From an uncultured Thermoplasmatales archaeon (lineage in GTDB: Archaea; Thermoplasmatota; Penumbrarchaeia; Penumbrarchaeales; Penumbrarchaeaceae), in the NCBI GenBank assembly GCA_964445525.1, contig CAYULA010000003.1, positions 21,921 to 85,920 of the forward strand: a stretch of 64,000 bases of DNA. The letters are read 5' to 3'. The notes under the pieces were generated by a model. The model was not told where the DNA came from and did no database searches. It was given only the letters and a program-made list of their open reading frames with translations. Below, piece after piece: positions 1 to 9,509 of this stretch (position 1 is the stretch's first letter; each line of letters starts with the position of its first letter). The translations under genes and the position numbers were made by a program.

Positions 1-1169
1 TGGAGCTGTATCTGCAGGTCGTCCGATGTATTGGCATCCACATTTCCCATTCCTCTGGAAACCGGGATGTCGCCTCCGTTGTAAAATACCGTAACGGTAT
101 TCTCTCCGTAATCGGGAGTATTGGTTCCCTCGAAAACCTTGGTAAGGAATGGTATCCAATCCGTTTCTCCCAAAGAATCCGTGGCGGGATCAGTTCCTCC
201 CCACCAGCTGGTCTCGTACACGATTCCGTCGTATTCGTTTGAGACCCGGATATGGACATCCTCAACAGCCTGTCCGATCTCGTCGGTTACCTCGATCATC
301 CTTTCAAAGACAACCTTGACGGTTCCGTCCGGTCCGACGCTAACATCGTTGTCCGGTACTATGAAGTCCAGGGTCTCCACGAAACCGGTCCCCATCTCGA
401 TCAGATCGTTGGAATAGACAGGTGTCATCAGACCCGCCAGGTATCCGTCGATATATCCGTTGGAATAAAGGATCGATGAAGAGGTCCCTTTTGCCGAGAG
501 CATGGCCAGGGATGCCGCAATATATGGGCAGTCACCGTAACAGGCTATTACATCGGCGGAATCCCCGTCAGTTTCCAGTTCCGACAGGAATGTTCCCACA
601 TTGGTCGATTCGTCTATCTTCAAGGCGGGATTGTTGTCTCCTTCCGCATGGATCTTGGTCATTTTTAATAAATCGAAATCTCCCTCGACCATGATCATCT
701 CCGATTCCTCCACGAAGATGGATCCGCTGCTTCCCCCTGTTGACCAGAAAACACAGGCGGTAAATGTCACATTGTCGGATTGGAAAACCCTTGCCGCCTG
801 GTCGTCGTGTGTGAAATTGATGTACTTGATGGTTACGTTTGTTACCCCGTTTACATAGAGATCGGGGCCAGACAGGGTGCTGGTGACCTTGACACCCGTG
901 GATGTCATGTTGCCGATAATTATGATATTGCTCTGTGTAACGGAAAGCTGAGATTCGTCGTATGTTCCATCGTAAATTACTATTGTATCTCCGTCCCCGG
1001 AATCATCCAGAGCATCCTGTATTGTTGAATAGGTCGAATTTCCTCCCCCGACATATCTCGTTGTCGGAGCCATCGGAGCCTCGGCTCCTCCGTCCTCTGC
1101 GACCAATAGAAAGCCTCCCGCAATCGAAACGAGAAGCATCGCTATGATCGTCAATTTGCCGTATTTCAT
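1..1169 (-). CDS. secreted right-handed beta-helix (pectin-lyase-fold / NosD-like) surface protein; C-terminal part lies outside the window
   Basis: Absent from the ORF track because it is open at the window edge. Hand translation of the minus strand from ATG 1169-1167 (GGAGGT at 1184-1179, 9-nt spacer) stays open to position 1: MKYGKLTIIAMLLVSIAGGFLLVAEDGG...NSTYSTIQDALDDSGDGDTIVIYDGTYDESQLSV... An N-terminal hydrophobic helix is followed by the IQDA-D-GDTI-x-GxY signature that opens many beta-helix proteins. Paralogue of 1348..3618. Confidence 0.6.
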   Translation of the reverse strand, partial: MKYGKLTIIAMLLVSIAGGFLLVAEDGGAEAPMAPTTRYVGGGNSTYSTIQDALDDSGDGDTIVIYDGTYDESQLSVTQSNIIIIGNMTSTGVKVTSTLSGPDLYVNGVTNVTIKYINFTHDDQAARVFQSDNVTFTACVFWSTGGSSGSIFVEESEMIMVEGDFDLLKMTKIHAEGDNNPALKIDESTNVGTFLSELETDGDSADVIACYGDCPYIAASLAMLSAKGTSSSILYSNGYIDGYLAGLMTPVYSNDLIEMGTGFVETLDFIVPDNDVSVGPDGTVKVVFERMIEVTDEIGQAVEDVHIRVSNEYDGIVYETSWWGGTDPATDSLGETDWIPFLTKVFEGTNTPDYGENTVTVFYNGGDIPVSRGMGNVDANTSDDLQIQL

Positions 1170-1347
1170 ATCTTTTCTACCTCCTTCCTAACACTCTCTA
1201 ATAGTCGGGTAAATTGGTCCTATCGGTGATCCCATCCCTTTCAGGCCGACTTTCTGTCCTACCCGAAGTTGCCATGATTTTTAATTATATAAAAGGTTAT
1301 GCTATGTAATCACCAATTTATCCCGTGCAAATGGCAATGTTTGTCAT

Positions 1348-3618
1348 TTATTCTTCATGAACTGGACCCTTTCTCCTGGTAAGCATCAGGATGGTTCCGA
1401 ATATCAAGATGACAACTATCATGCCGATAAGGATCCAGATCAGGAGAAGGTCGTCGGACCTCCCTTCCTCCTCATCCATCTTGGGTATTCCGTCTCCCTG
1501 ATCCCATTCTATGGTATCATAACCGTCAAGTTCCGCTTTGAATGAGGTTCCCCCGGGAAAATCCAGACCGTCGAGTTCCGTGAATTCCGCCACGCCGTTG
1601 TCATCCGTGAAAGCGGTATAGGTATTCCCATCTATTTTCGCGGTAACTTTCACACCCTCAAGGGGATCGTTGTCCGAATCGATTATTGCCACCTTGGGAT
1701 GCTTGTCCACCGGTGGTATGTAATCGTAATATTTCAGCGATATGTTGTAGGTCGAATCACCGGTGTGATTGAAAGCGGAGCCGTCCCAGAATAGATATCC
1801 CGTCTTCTCATTATTGATTCCCAGGACATCCCGGGAAGGTGTGGCCTTAAGCTCGTAACCTTCTCCGATGGTGATGTTTTCGAATTTGAAGTTGCCATTT
1901 TCATCGGAGATTCTCTCCCCCACCAGGTCCCCGGTTATGTTGTAGAGTTCTATCGTTGCATTTGGAGCTCCCTCCCCGTCGCCAGGTCCTCCGCTGTAGG
2001 TTACCGTTCCCGAGACAGGTCCTTCCGCAGGAGGAGAATATTCGTAATAAGAGACAGTCAAATTGATCCGGGTGTCGGGATAGTCATCCATTTTTTGAAA
2101 ACTGCCCATTGGGTATGTTACCGGATCGACATCATCATCCCAGTGATGAAGTACGGATCCCATACCGTATGTGTATCCGCTTGTTTCTCCTCCTTCCTCC
2201 GCATGATCCGCTGGAAATACCCAAATCGAGTAATGTGAGGAAAATTCCACTCCGTCAAAGGAGAATGTTCCGTTTTCATCTATACTGATATTTCTCACTG
2301 CCAGATCTTTCGAAAAAGTGGTATTGATTCTTGTATCCCAGAGATAGGCCGTCCCATTGGTAAGGTTTGAACCGCCCAGAGGTCCTCCTTCGTAGGCGGC
2401 CTTTCCGAATATCGTGCCATTGGTGAACCGGATATCACGAAATACCACAATGATCTCATCCTTGTTCGAAAGGTCGATTTCGGCAATCCTGACCGTTCCG
2501 TTCCTATCAGCTTCCGGGAAATACGCTTCCACGGAAGCCGATCCCTCCGTGTAGGGGAATTCTCCTCCGGTCAAATTGAATATCATCAGTTCGAAAGGAC
2601 CGTTGAAGGTCCCCGTTGATGATGAGGTTGTATCCGATCCCCCGTAATACGGAGTTACATATTCATCCCCGAGATCCGTGGTAAGATTCAATTCCACATC
2701 AGGGGCAGGTGTGATATTTCCGTCCCTTTCCTCCATGTGAACGGTTATCTGCTTTCTGACATATGCCTCGAACGTGTCATTGACGGAGGAAGATGTGATT
2801 ACCGCATCCTCCGGATCGAAGAACGTATCGTAACAAACAACGGAACCTGATGACATGTTGAAAAATTCATGATCGTAGAATGCAGAGACATTATCCAGAA
2901 CAACACCGATCTCGTCTTCCGACTGAAATGCGATGGATTTCTGATGGTCCATGGTTATGGATCCGTTGGAGATCCTCACATCGATACAGTCATTGGAAAA
3001 GGAAATGGCATCGGGAGAACCCGATGACGATATCTCGAACATGTCCATCTCCAATCTCCATATATCCCTGAACTGTATCGCCTGTCTTTCACCGGAATCG
3101 ATTTGCAGGTTTTCAAGGGAAATATTGGTGCAGTCCGTTACATACATGCAGTGGGAGAGAGAGCTTTCCATTGTGATGTCCCTCAATGTGAGGTTCCTGC
3201 ACTGGCTGATCATGAGGAGATTTACATGGCCAACATCCTCGATGATATTCAACCCGCCAATTACGGAATCATCACTGGATATCCCGATAACGGCTTCCTC
3301 CCCCGGATATCTTATATTGACATCCCCGGATGAATTGCCGATTATCGTGATCCCGTCCTGGAGAAGGAGGAATCCCCGGGTATAGTTTCCGGGAGCTACG
3401 AATATGGTATCTCCTGCTGTGGCATTGTCGATGGCATCCTGAATGGCGGACCAGGTTGAACCGCTCTCGGAGACATAGAGCGTGTCTCCGCCGTTCCTGG
3501 AATGACCTTCGGCGCCTGATAGCTCCCAATGGAAAGGCAGACTGACAAGCAGAAAAGACAGTACGGCCAAGCAGACAGGTATCCTCTTCAATACATCCAC
3601 CCCGGACAATGCGGTCAA
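1348..3618 (-). CDS. secreted beta-helix surface protein with CarboxypepD_reg-like domains and C-terminal TM anchor
   Basis: 756-aa ORF (TTG start at 3618; GTG at 3600 also possible). It has a signal-like helix and a beta-helix opening (WSAIQDAIDNATAGDTIFVAPGNYTRG). Two carboxypeptidase-regulatory-like units follow (ATIELYNITGDLVGERISDENGNFKFENI; GVKVTAKIDGNTYTAFTDDNGVAEF). The C-terminus is a TM helix LLLIWILIGMIVVILIFGTILML followed by RRK. Confidence 0.7.
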   Translation of the reverse strand: MTALSGVDVLKRIPVCLAVLSFLLVSLPFHWELSGAEGHSRNGGDTLYVSESGSTWSAIQDAIDNATAGDTIFVAPGNYTRGFLLLQDGITIIGNSSGDVNIRYPGEEAVIGISSDDSVIGGLNIIEDVGHVNLLMISQCRNLTLRDITMESSLSHCMYVTDCTNISLENLQIDSGERQAIQFRDIWRLEMDMFEISSSGSPDAISFSNDCIDVRISNGSITMDHQKSIAFQSEDEIGVVLDNVSAFYDHEFFNMSSGSVVCYDTFFDPEDAVITSSSVNDTFEAYVRKQITVHMEERDGNITPAPDVELNLTTDLGDEYVTPYYGGSDTTSSSTGTFNGPFELMIFNLTGGEFPYTEGSASVEAYFPEADRNGTVRIAEIDLSNKDEIIVVFRDIRFTNGTIFGKAAYEGGPLGGSNLTNGTAYLWDTRINTTFSKDLAVRNISIDENGTFSFDGVEFSSHYSIWVFPADHAEEGGETSGYTYGMGSVLHHWDDDVDPVTYPMGSFQKMDDYPDTRINLTVSYYEYSPPAEGPVSGTVTYSGGPGDGEGAPNATIELYNITGDLVGERISDENGNFKFENITIGEGYELKATPSRDVLGINNEKTGYLFWDGSAFNHTGDSTYNISLKYYDYIPPVDKHPKVAIIDSDNDPLEGVKVTAKIDGNTYTAFTDDNGVAEFTELDGLDFPGGTSFKAELDGYDTIEWDQGDGIPKMDEEEGRSDDLLLIWILIGMIVVILIFGTILMLTRRKGPVHEE

Positions 3619-3667
3619 GTGCAGAGGACCTTATATACCGTTTTCCATCAACTGTGTTCTTGGAGGA

Positions 3668-5104
3668 TCAATGATCGTGATGGTGGTGATGTTCGAAGAA
3701 TTTCTCCTGCCCCTTTCCCGGTCTCAGATTTCCAAAAGCCCTCACCATGATCTCCTCCATGGCTGGATGTATTGTCTGGGACCTGACAAGAGGAAGATAG
3801 GTTCCCTTGCCCGCATTCATCAGATACACTATCGGCTGGACCATGGCCGTGGCGTGAGGTCCGATGGCATGGGCACCGAGGATCTTCCTGCTCTTTGCAT
3901 CGACTATGACCTTGACGAAGCTGCTTCCGTCATCTCCCATTGCATAGCCCTTGACAGCATCGGTGTATGAGGACCGCCCCACCATCACGACGATATGCTT
4001 GTCAATGGTCTCCTGCTCCCTCATGCCGACACTTGCCACTTCGGGCCAGCTGAATACTGCATGGGGGACGGCATGTTCATCGACCGCCTGGAGCTCTTTT
4101 TCCGTCGAGGCGGTCATGTTGTTCCAGGCCACCTCCGATTCGTAGTTTGCGGTATGCCTGAACATGTTTCTTCCGATCGCATCCCCTATGGCATAGATCC
4201 CGTCCACATTGGTCCTCAGATATTTATCCACAAGGACAAATCCTCTCTTGTCGGTCTTGACGCCTGTTTTCTCGGGGTGAAACAGATCCGAATTGGATCT
4301 TCTACCGGCGGCCACCATGATCTCTTTGGCCCTGAATCTGTATTTCTTCCCTGTCTTCCTGTTCCTCGCAACCACGAATTTATTACCGTTTTCAACACCT
4401 GCCTTTTCCGCCTCGTGATTTGTGTGGACCTTCATCCTCCCGGAGAGCCTCCTCTGCATCTCGTCGGTTATCTCGGGTTCCTCCTGGGGAAGAAGCCTGG
4501 GATTCCTTCCGAGGATCGTAACCTTAACTCCCAGGGAGTCGAAGAAATGTGCGAACTCGGCGGCAACGTAACCTCCCCCGATTATTATGATGCTATCTGG
4601 AAGCTTTTTCAATCCCAGGGCCGTCCTTGAATTGATGTATCCGGCCTCCTCCAATCCTTCAACAGGTGGAACTGACGGTCTGGTGCCAGCTGCTATGAGG
4701 ATTGCTGGCGCGGCGATCCTCTTTCCGTCCACCTGCAGTGTTTTTTCCCCAACAAAGCGGCCGGTGGTGTTGTAGAAGTCGAGACCCTTTCCCTCGGCCG
4801 ACTTGACGCTCTTTGTCATCTGCTCAACGTCCCCGTCCACCAGCTCGCGCATCCTCTTCATTATCAGATCGTAATCAACCGAAACACCTTCGGCTGACAC
4901 GCCGACTTTCCTCGCGTCCCTCAGGATCTGAACCACATCAGCCGGATATATGATGATCTTGGTCGGGATGCATCCCCTGTTAAGGCAGGTACCTCCCATG
5001 GTTCCGTTTTCTATGACAGCTACGTTCATTCCCCTGGAAAAAGCCTCGGAAGCGACATTCATCCCCGCCCCGGATCCTATGACTATTAGATCATATTCCT
5101 TCAT
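3668..5104 (-). CDS. class-I pyridine nucleotide-disulfide oxidoreductase (dihydrolipoamide dehydrogenase / glutathione-mycothione reductase-like)
   Basis: FAD fold LIVIGSGAGMNVA, redox-active disulfide motif GGTCLNRGCIPTK, second Rossmann motif IIIIGGGYVAAEFA, and C-terminal HPxxxE interface motif (TIHPAMEE). Start placed at ATG 5104 (MKEYDLIVIG) rather than the track start 5179. The protein ends in EHHHHHDH. Confidence 0.85.
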   Translation of the reverse strand: MKEYDLIVIGSGAGMNVASEAFSRGMNVAVIENGTMGGTCLNRGCIPTKIIIYPADVVQILRDARKVGVSAEGVSVDYDLIMKRMRELVDGDVEQMTKSVKSAEGKGLDFYNTTGRFVGEKTLQVDGKRIAAPAILIAAGTRPSVPPVEGLEEAGYINSRTALGLKKLPDSIIIIGGGYVAAEFAHFFDSLGVKVTILGRNPRLLPQEEPEITDEMQRRLSGRMKVHTNHEAEKAGVENGNKFVVARNRKTGKKYRFRAKEIMVAAGRRSNSDLFHPEKTGVKTDKRGFVLVDKYLRTNVDGIYAIGDAIGRNMFRHTANYESEVAWNNMTASTEKELQAVDEHAVPHAVFSWPEVASVGMREQETIDKHIVVMVGRSSYTDAVKGYAMGDDGSSFVKVIVDAKSRKILGAHAIGPHATAMVQPIVYLMNAGKGTYLPLVRSQTIHPAMEEIMVRAFGNLRPGKGQEKFFEHHHHHDH

Positions 5105-5171
5105 TTCAATTACCCTTGTTATATTATCGACCTTGTCTATTACATTTAATTTCCCTAACAAACGGGTTAAT

Positions 5172-5369
5172 TCATACAATTTTTCTTATTAGGGCTATCA
5201 TAACTCCCCTGCCGTTGGGTGACAGGTCATGAAAGAGAAGTGTTGACGGGATTCCAAAGGCCATTCCCGCAGTTAGAAGGTCCCATCTCCCCATCCAGAT
5301 CGATATGACGGCTCCTGCCAGATGCGCCATGAATACAAAGACCTCGGGATAGGTTATCTTTCCGATCAT
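5172..5369 (-). CDS. candidate small hydrophobic protein (65 aa), translationally coupled to the upstream membrane-protein gene
   Basis: ATG 5369-5367 overlaps the TGA stop (5368-5366) of the upstream gene as ATGA. Product MIGKITYPEVFVFMAHLAGAVISIWMGRWDLLTAGMAFGIPSTLLF... is hydrophobic. No homology recognised. Confidence 0.3.
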   Translation of the reverse strand: MIGKITYPEVFVFMAHLAGAVISIWMGRWDLLTAGMAFGIPSTLLFHDLSPNGRGVMIALIRKIV

Positions 5370-6130
5370 CCGAATACCATCCATTGGAAAAAATATGTGA
5401 TATATACCATCAGGAGAAGGAGTCCGTAAGACAGTACCACGCCGGCAGCCATGGAGATCTCCTTGAACAATGTTGGAACCTCCACTTTCTGGACATCTGA
5501 CCAGATGACCGTGAAACCGCCGACAGCCATGAACCAGGCCGTGTAATTCGCAAGGGGAACTCCCAGCCACTGCCATTCTTCCCAGCGCCAGAATCCGTAA
5601 TTGGCAAAAACAGCGTCAATGCCAACATCGATGGAAACCGCAAGAACGCCAGCAAGGAGACCCTTTTCCAGCAGCTTCAGGTTCCTCAATTCGGAGCGCC
5701 CCTCGATCAAGAGGATGCATGCATAGATGACAGCCGTCCAGCAGAATGGAACGGCCATCTGTGTGGAACCGATCATGATCCAGGAATTGGGATTGTATTC
5801 ATAGTATCCCGACTGGGTAACGGTTATCTCCTCCAGAATGAAGCCATATACCAGGGCAAAGATGAAAAAGAAGGTGGCCTTCTTTCTTCCCCAGTTTCTC
5901 CAAGCGTGCATATAAGAACCCACCATAAGCGCCAGGCATCCGATCTCGAATATATGGAGAATGACAAATCCGTCACCATGGCCTTCCCAACCATCGGGAG
6001 GATCTCTTGTCTCCACGATCATGGCAAGCAGGAACATGAACACAACCAGACCTAGAACTAACAGAGCCAGCCTGGGGGTCCTCCTCACGTCGAACCAGGA
6101 ATTGTGCCTCAAGCTCCTTTCGCGAACCAT
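5366..6130 (-). CDS. polytopic membrane protein, possibly carotenoid-biosynthesis-protein (DUF422)-like
   Basis: About 7 hydrophobic segments rich in Trp/Tyr (WRWEEWQWLGVPLANYTAWFMAVGG). The family assignment is a recollection only. The track ORF starts at 6202; ATG 6130 (MVRERSL...) leaves room for the divergent promoter of 6217. Confidence 0.55.
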   Translation of the reverse strand: MVRERSLRHNSWFDVRRTPRLALLVLGLVVFMFLLAMIVETRDPPDGWEGHGDGFVILHIFEIGCLALMVGSYMHAWRNWGRKKATFFFIFALVYGFILEEITVTQSGYYEYNPNSWIMIGSTQMAVPFCWTAVIYACILLIEGRSELRNLKLLEKGLLAGVLAVSIDVGIDAVFANYGFWRWEEWQWLGVPLANYTAWFMAVGGFTVIWSDVQKVEVPTLFKEISMAAGVVLSYGLLLLMVYITYFFQWMVFG

Positions 6131-6216
6131 CCCACCCCTATGGATGCAAACAATATTAGGTTTGAAGGTGAAGTTTTGAATAATCCGTTGCCATTCACCC
6201 AACGGGGGGACAGATC

Positions 6217-6618
6217 ATGAAGGAGCATCAGGCGGAGAAAGAATTCACTGTCATGACCTATGAAGTCGATTTTGCGGGAATAATGTCCAATCAGGTTTAT
6301 CAAAGGTGGCTGGAAGATCTCAGAATGGACCTGCTTTCCAGATATGTGGACATCAGGGAGCTGTTCTCATCCGGATCCGTACCGGTCCTCGCCAGGACCG
6401 AGATAGATTTCAAGCTGCCCGCAAGACTGATGGACAATGTCAAGGGGAGGATCTGGGTTGAGGAGCTCATGGGCCCCAGATGGGCTTTGAGGTCCGAGTT
6501 CACCATCCACGGCAAGGTTTGTGCCAGAGCATACCAGTACGGGGTTTTCGTGGACACCGATAACTTCAGACCCATCAACAAGCCCGATTCCCTGCCGGAT
6601 GTCCCCCGTCAGGGATGA
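6217..6618 (+). CDS. hotdog-fold acyl-CoA thioesterase (4HBT/YbgC-like)
   Basis: 133 aa. FTVMTYEVDFAGIMSNQVYQRWLEDLRMDLL matches the N-terminal pattern of 4HBT-type thioesterases (catalytic Asp in xVDxxGxxxN). Size is typical. Confidence 0.7.
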   Translation: MKEHQAEKEFTVMTYEVDFAGIMSNQVYQRWLEDLRMDLLSRYVDIRELFSSGSVPVLARTEIDFKLPARLMDNVKGRIWVEELMGPRWALRSEFTIHGKVCARAYQYGVFVDTDNFRPINKPDSLPDVPRQG

Positions 6619-7217
6619 ACGAAGAGCCCGACGATCCTCTTTCTCTCCATGGATCCGTGCTTCCATTCATCGATTCTCATCTCCGATATTTCGAGGTCAG
6701 GGAACAGGTTTTCGAGTTCTTCCAGGATAAAGAAATGCTGGATTATTCCGGTTCCTTTCCTGAATGTACCCTCTTCTATTTCCCGGCCCTTTCCATACCT
6801 GATATCACCTGCGGCGAGGTCCTCGAAGGATAACAGGCCCCCTCTTTCCACCCATCCGGAAATATTTCTCGATGCCTCCTCTCTGCCCTTTTTATCGAGC
6901 GCCCCGAGAACGTAATGGCACAGGACCAGATCGTACTTTTCCATATCGATTACGGGTTCGGTCAAATCCATGCAGATAAGGTTAGCTTTCAGCTCTCTTT
7001 CGGAGATTCTCCCGGATGCGATCTCGAGGGCCGAGGGGGAAATATCCATCCCGGTCACATCGTAACCCTTCTCTGCCGCTCTGATTATTGTGGAACCTGT
7101 TCCGCACCCAAGGTCGAGGACCCTCGAACCTTTCTCCAGTTCGGGAAGCGGGTAGGGACTCCCCCTCCAAAGAGGGGCTCCCGACCTGTAATGCTCCTCC
7201 CAGGGATCGATATCCAT
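6609..7217 (-). CDS. class-I SAM-dependent methyltransferase
   Basis: Motif I VLDLGCGTGSTII, followed by the acidic residue of post-I (DVTGMDIS) and motif LVLCHYVL. 202 aa. Confidence 0.85.
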   Translation of the reverse strand: MDIDPWEEHYRSGAPLWRGSPYPLPELEKGSRVLDLGCGTGSTIIRAAEKGYDVTGMDISPSALEIASGRISERELKANLICMDLTEPVIDMEKYDLVLCHYVLGALDKKGREEASRNISGWVERGGLLSFEDLAAGDIRYGKGREIEEGTFRKGTGIIQHFFILEELENLFPDLEISEMRIDEWKHGSMERKRIVGLFVHP

Positions 7218-7310
7218 TTTCCGACCTCAGCCGAGAGCGGGTAACAGTCCTTTTAATCCATCGGCCATGTGCCGAACCGCCGGTATTCTCAGGTGGAGAC
7301 TTGCCTTTTA

Positions 7311-7349
7311 TTTGAACCCGTTCAAATGCCGATTTTTTATATTTTTACT
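7311..7349 (+). promoter_or_regulatory. perfect palindrome TTTGAAC-cc-GTTCAAA immediately upstream of a TATA-like box (TTTTTTATATTTTTAC) for the J-domain gene
   Basis: Palindrome at 7311-7326. The T/A box at 7334-7349 lies about 40 nt upstream of ATG 7385, which fits archaeal promoter spacing with a short leader. Confidence 0.35.
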
Positions 7350-7384
7350 ACCATGCCCCTACAAGGGCCGGGAGACGGGGAAAA

Positions 7385-8545
7385 ATGAGGGATGATATCC
7401 GCAGGGGAACAAGAGGTCAACTGGTTGGTCTCAACCTGTGGGTGGTCTCGGCGTTCCTGGGATTCATATTGTTCATGATCTTCCTCTCGTCATTTCTGGG
7501 TTTCATATTGGCTGTATTGATAGTTGCTCTGTTCCTTTCCGGAACATTCCGCATAATCAAGGGTCTGTACCTTCTTATCAGGGGATCACCCGACGGATGG
7601 GGCAAGACCCTGTCAAAGACCTCGGCCTTCCTGCTTTTTTTCAGTCCTTTCGTAGCTGGAATCGGAATAATCTCCCCTACGTGGATAAATTATTTATTAC
7701 TGCAATTGGGATTGATCATGTTTTTCACCTCCCTTGTCCTCCCCTATCTATCTCATGGAGGAAAGTTTACGGGTACCCTTGCGATTCTCTCCTCCGTCGG
7801 TTTCTCCGGGGTTATACTGGGATTCATCTTCTTTGGCAGAGTCACACTTCCCTGGACGCTTCCTTTCGGACTGGCCGTCTCATATTTCATCTTACTGGAA
7901 TTGACCATATTCATTAGCTATCTCCGGGCGTTGAAGGAGCCCGATTCGGGTGAGGGCATCATACCGTCAACATCCATCGCTCCCGTGACGGAAATCGGAT
8001 CCGTCGCCCCGCGGGCACGCCCTCTGAGAACCAAGGTTCCCGAAAGGGTGACCTTCTCGATGAGGCCCGAACCCGAGAGAAAGGAAGAGCCGACAGAAGC
8101 CGGTCCGCAACCTGATATGGAAAGACCCAGGGTCACCACCTTCGAGGATTTCGTCAAGGAGATGGGTGTCCCCAAAAGAGAACCGGAATCGAAGACACCC
8201 CGGATATCATTCGATTACAGTGCAAGGAGTACTGAACAGAAGAAGAGGGAAGAACGGGTCGAGGCCGAAATCGAGGAAGAGATCGACCTGAATATGGAAG
8301 ATGTTCTCATGGATGGAGAGGACCTCTATTCGATACTGAAAGTAAGGAGGTCCGCAAACACAGGGGATCTGAGGAGAGCCTACCGAAAGAGAGCTCTACT
8401 CTATCATCCCGATCTGAACAGGGACGCTGGTGAACTGTACAGAGATACCATCAACGAGGAGATGAGAAAGCTCAACAAGGCTAAGGAGGTACTTTTCGAC
8501 CCCGCCAAAAGAGCCGAGTACGATAGAAGACTGGACTCTCTGTGA
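7385..8545 (+). CDS. polytopic membrane protein with C-terminal J-domain (DjlA-like architecture)
   Basis: About 6 TM helices in the first 190 aa, a charged linker, then DLYSILKVRRSANTGDLRRAYRKRALLYHPDLNRD...AKEVLFDPAKRAEYD. This is a canonical J-domain with the HPD tripeptide. Confidence 0.8.
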   Translation: MRDDIRRGTRGQLVGLNLWVVSAFLGFILFMIFLSSFLGFILAVLIVALFLSGTFRIIKGLYLLIRGSPDGWGKTLSKTSAFLLFFSPFVAGIGIISPTWINYLLLQLGLIMFFTSLVLPYLSHGGKFTGTLAILSSVGFSGVILGFIFFGRVTLPWTLPFGLAVSYFILLELTIFISYLRALKEPDSGEGIIPSTSIAPVTEIGSVAPRARPLRTKVPERVTFSMRPEPERKEEPTEAGPQPDMERPRVTTFEDFVKEMGVPKREPESKTPRISFDYSARSTEQKKREERVEAEIEEEIDLNMEDVLMDGEDLYSILKVRRSANTGDLRRAYRKRALLYHPDLNRDAGELYRDTINEEMRKLNKAKEVLFDPAKRAEYDRRLDSL

Positions 8546-8551
8546 AGATTA

Positions 8552-9478
8552 TCAGAACTTCTCTCCGGTCAGCCTCTCGAACATCTCCTTGTAGAGTTCG
8601 GCGATCTTGGAGATCTCGTTGTCCGGAAGCGGCGGGATGGGTGGTTCCCCATCCTTGGAAGCTCCTTTTTCCCTGGCTTCCATGAGCTTTGCATGATATC
8701 CCGAGGACCTGTAATACTGCCTCACGGCTTCCTTGGAGAGCTCCACCATCTTTCCTTTCTCGTACTGCTCGGTATCCCAGAAGCGGTCCTCGTCAGCGGT
8801 CCCGAATGTATCTATGAGCATTATATTTCGATCTTCGTCGAAGCCGAATTCCTTCTTTCCGTCCACGTGTATTAGGCCTCTGGACTTTCCTTCCCTGTCG
8901 ATTACCCTATCAATCTTGAGGACCGATTCCCAGAGGGAATCCCACTCACCTTTATCGAGCTTGGCAAGGTCCATGGCCTCCTTGTCGGTGAGAGGTCTGT
9001 CAACTTCCTCGAGCTTTGTTGTGGCTTCCAGAAGAGGTTCGGGAAGGGGCTCCCCGTATACGGGAGTATGATCCTTGGGGAAACCGACATCCTCGTTTTT
9101 GACCTTCCCCTTTTTCATCCTGTCGAGAAGAGACCCTGCCACGTAATATCTGGCTATGAACTCCAGGGGTATCAGTACAGAAGTGGATTCAGGGGTTATT
9201 TTGTTCATATCCCTTTCCACCTTGACCTTCTTGACCCGCATGGTGGATGGAGAAGTCAGGTCAATGAAATGTGATTTGATCCCGAGCTCCCCTCCCTTTC
9301 TGAACCAGAAAGCCGACGTCCTGCACAGGCTTTCTCCTTTTCTGGGTATCGTTGAGGGTATCACCTTGTCAAAGACCGATATCTTGTCGGTGAACCTAAA
9401 TTCCAGCTGATCAGTTCCTTTTACCGAGTACACTTCCTTTACCTTTCCAATCTGAACAAGTTCCAAATCATCTCCCAT
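8552..9478 (-). CDS. purC: phosphoribosylaminoimidazole-succinocarboxamide (SAICAR) synthase
   Basis: GKVKEVYSV...LEFRFTDKISVFD...LIPLEFIARYYVAGSL...LIHVDGKKEFGF are the conserved PurC blocks. 308 aa. Confidence 0.9.
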   Translation of the reverse strand: MGDDLELVQIGKVKEVYSVKGTDQLEFRFTDKISVFDKVIPSTIPRKGESLCRTSAFWFRKGGELGIKSHFIDLTSPSTMRVKKVKVERDMNKITPESTSVLIPLEFIARYYVAGSLLDRMKKGKVKNEDVGFPKDHTPVYGEPLPEPLLEATTKLEEVDRPLTDKEAMDLAKLDKGEWDSLWESVLKIDRVIDREGKSRGLIHVDGKKEFGFDEDRNIMLIDTFGTADEDRFWDTEQYEKGKMVELSKEAVRQYYRSSGYHAKLMEAREKGASKDGEPPIPPLPDNEISKIAELYKEMFERLTGEKF

Positions 9479-9509
9479 TTGGTAGCCTCCGATATAGGGG
9501 TAGTGATGT

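Noticed and set aside
5172-5576. The full 134-aa version of the minus-strand ORF 5172..5576
   Set aside because: Its first half overlaps the 3' part of the membrane-protein gene 5366..6130 in another frame. Only the portion after the ATGA junction (5369 downward) is retained, as a low-confidence candidate.
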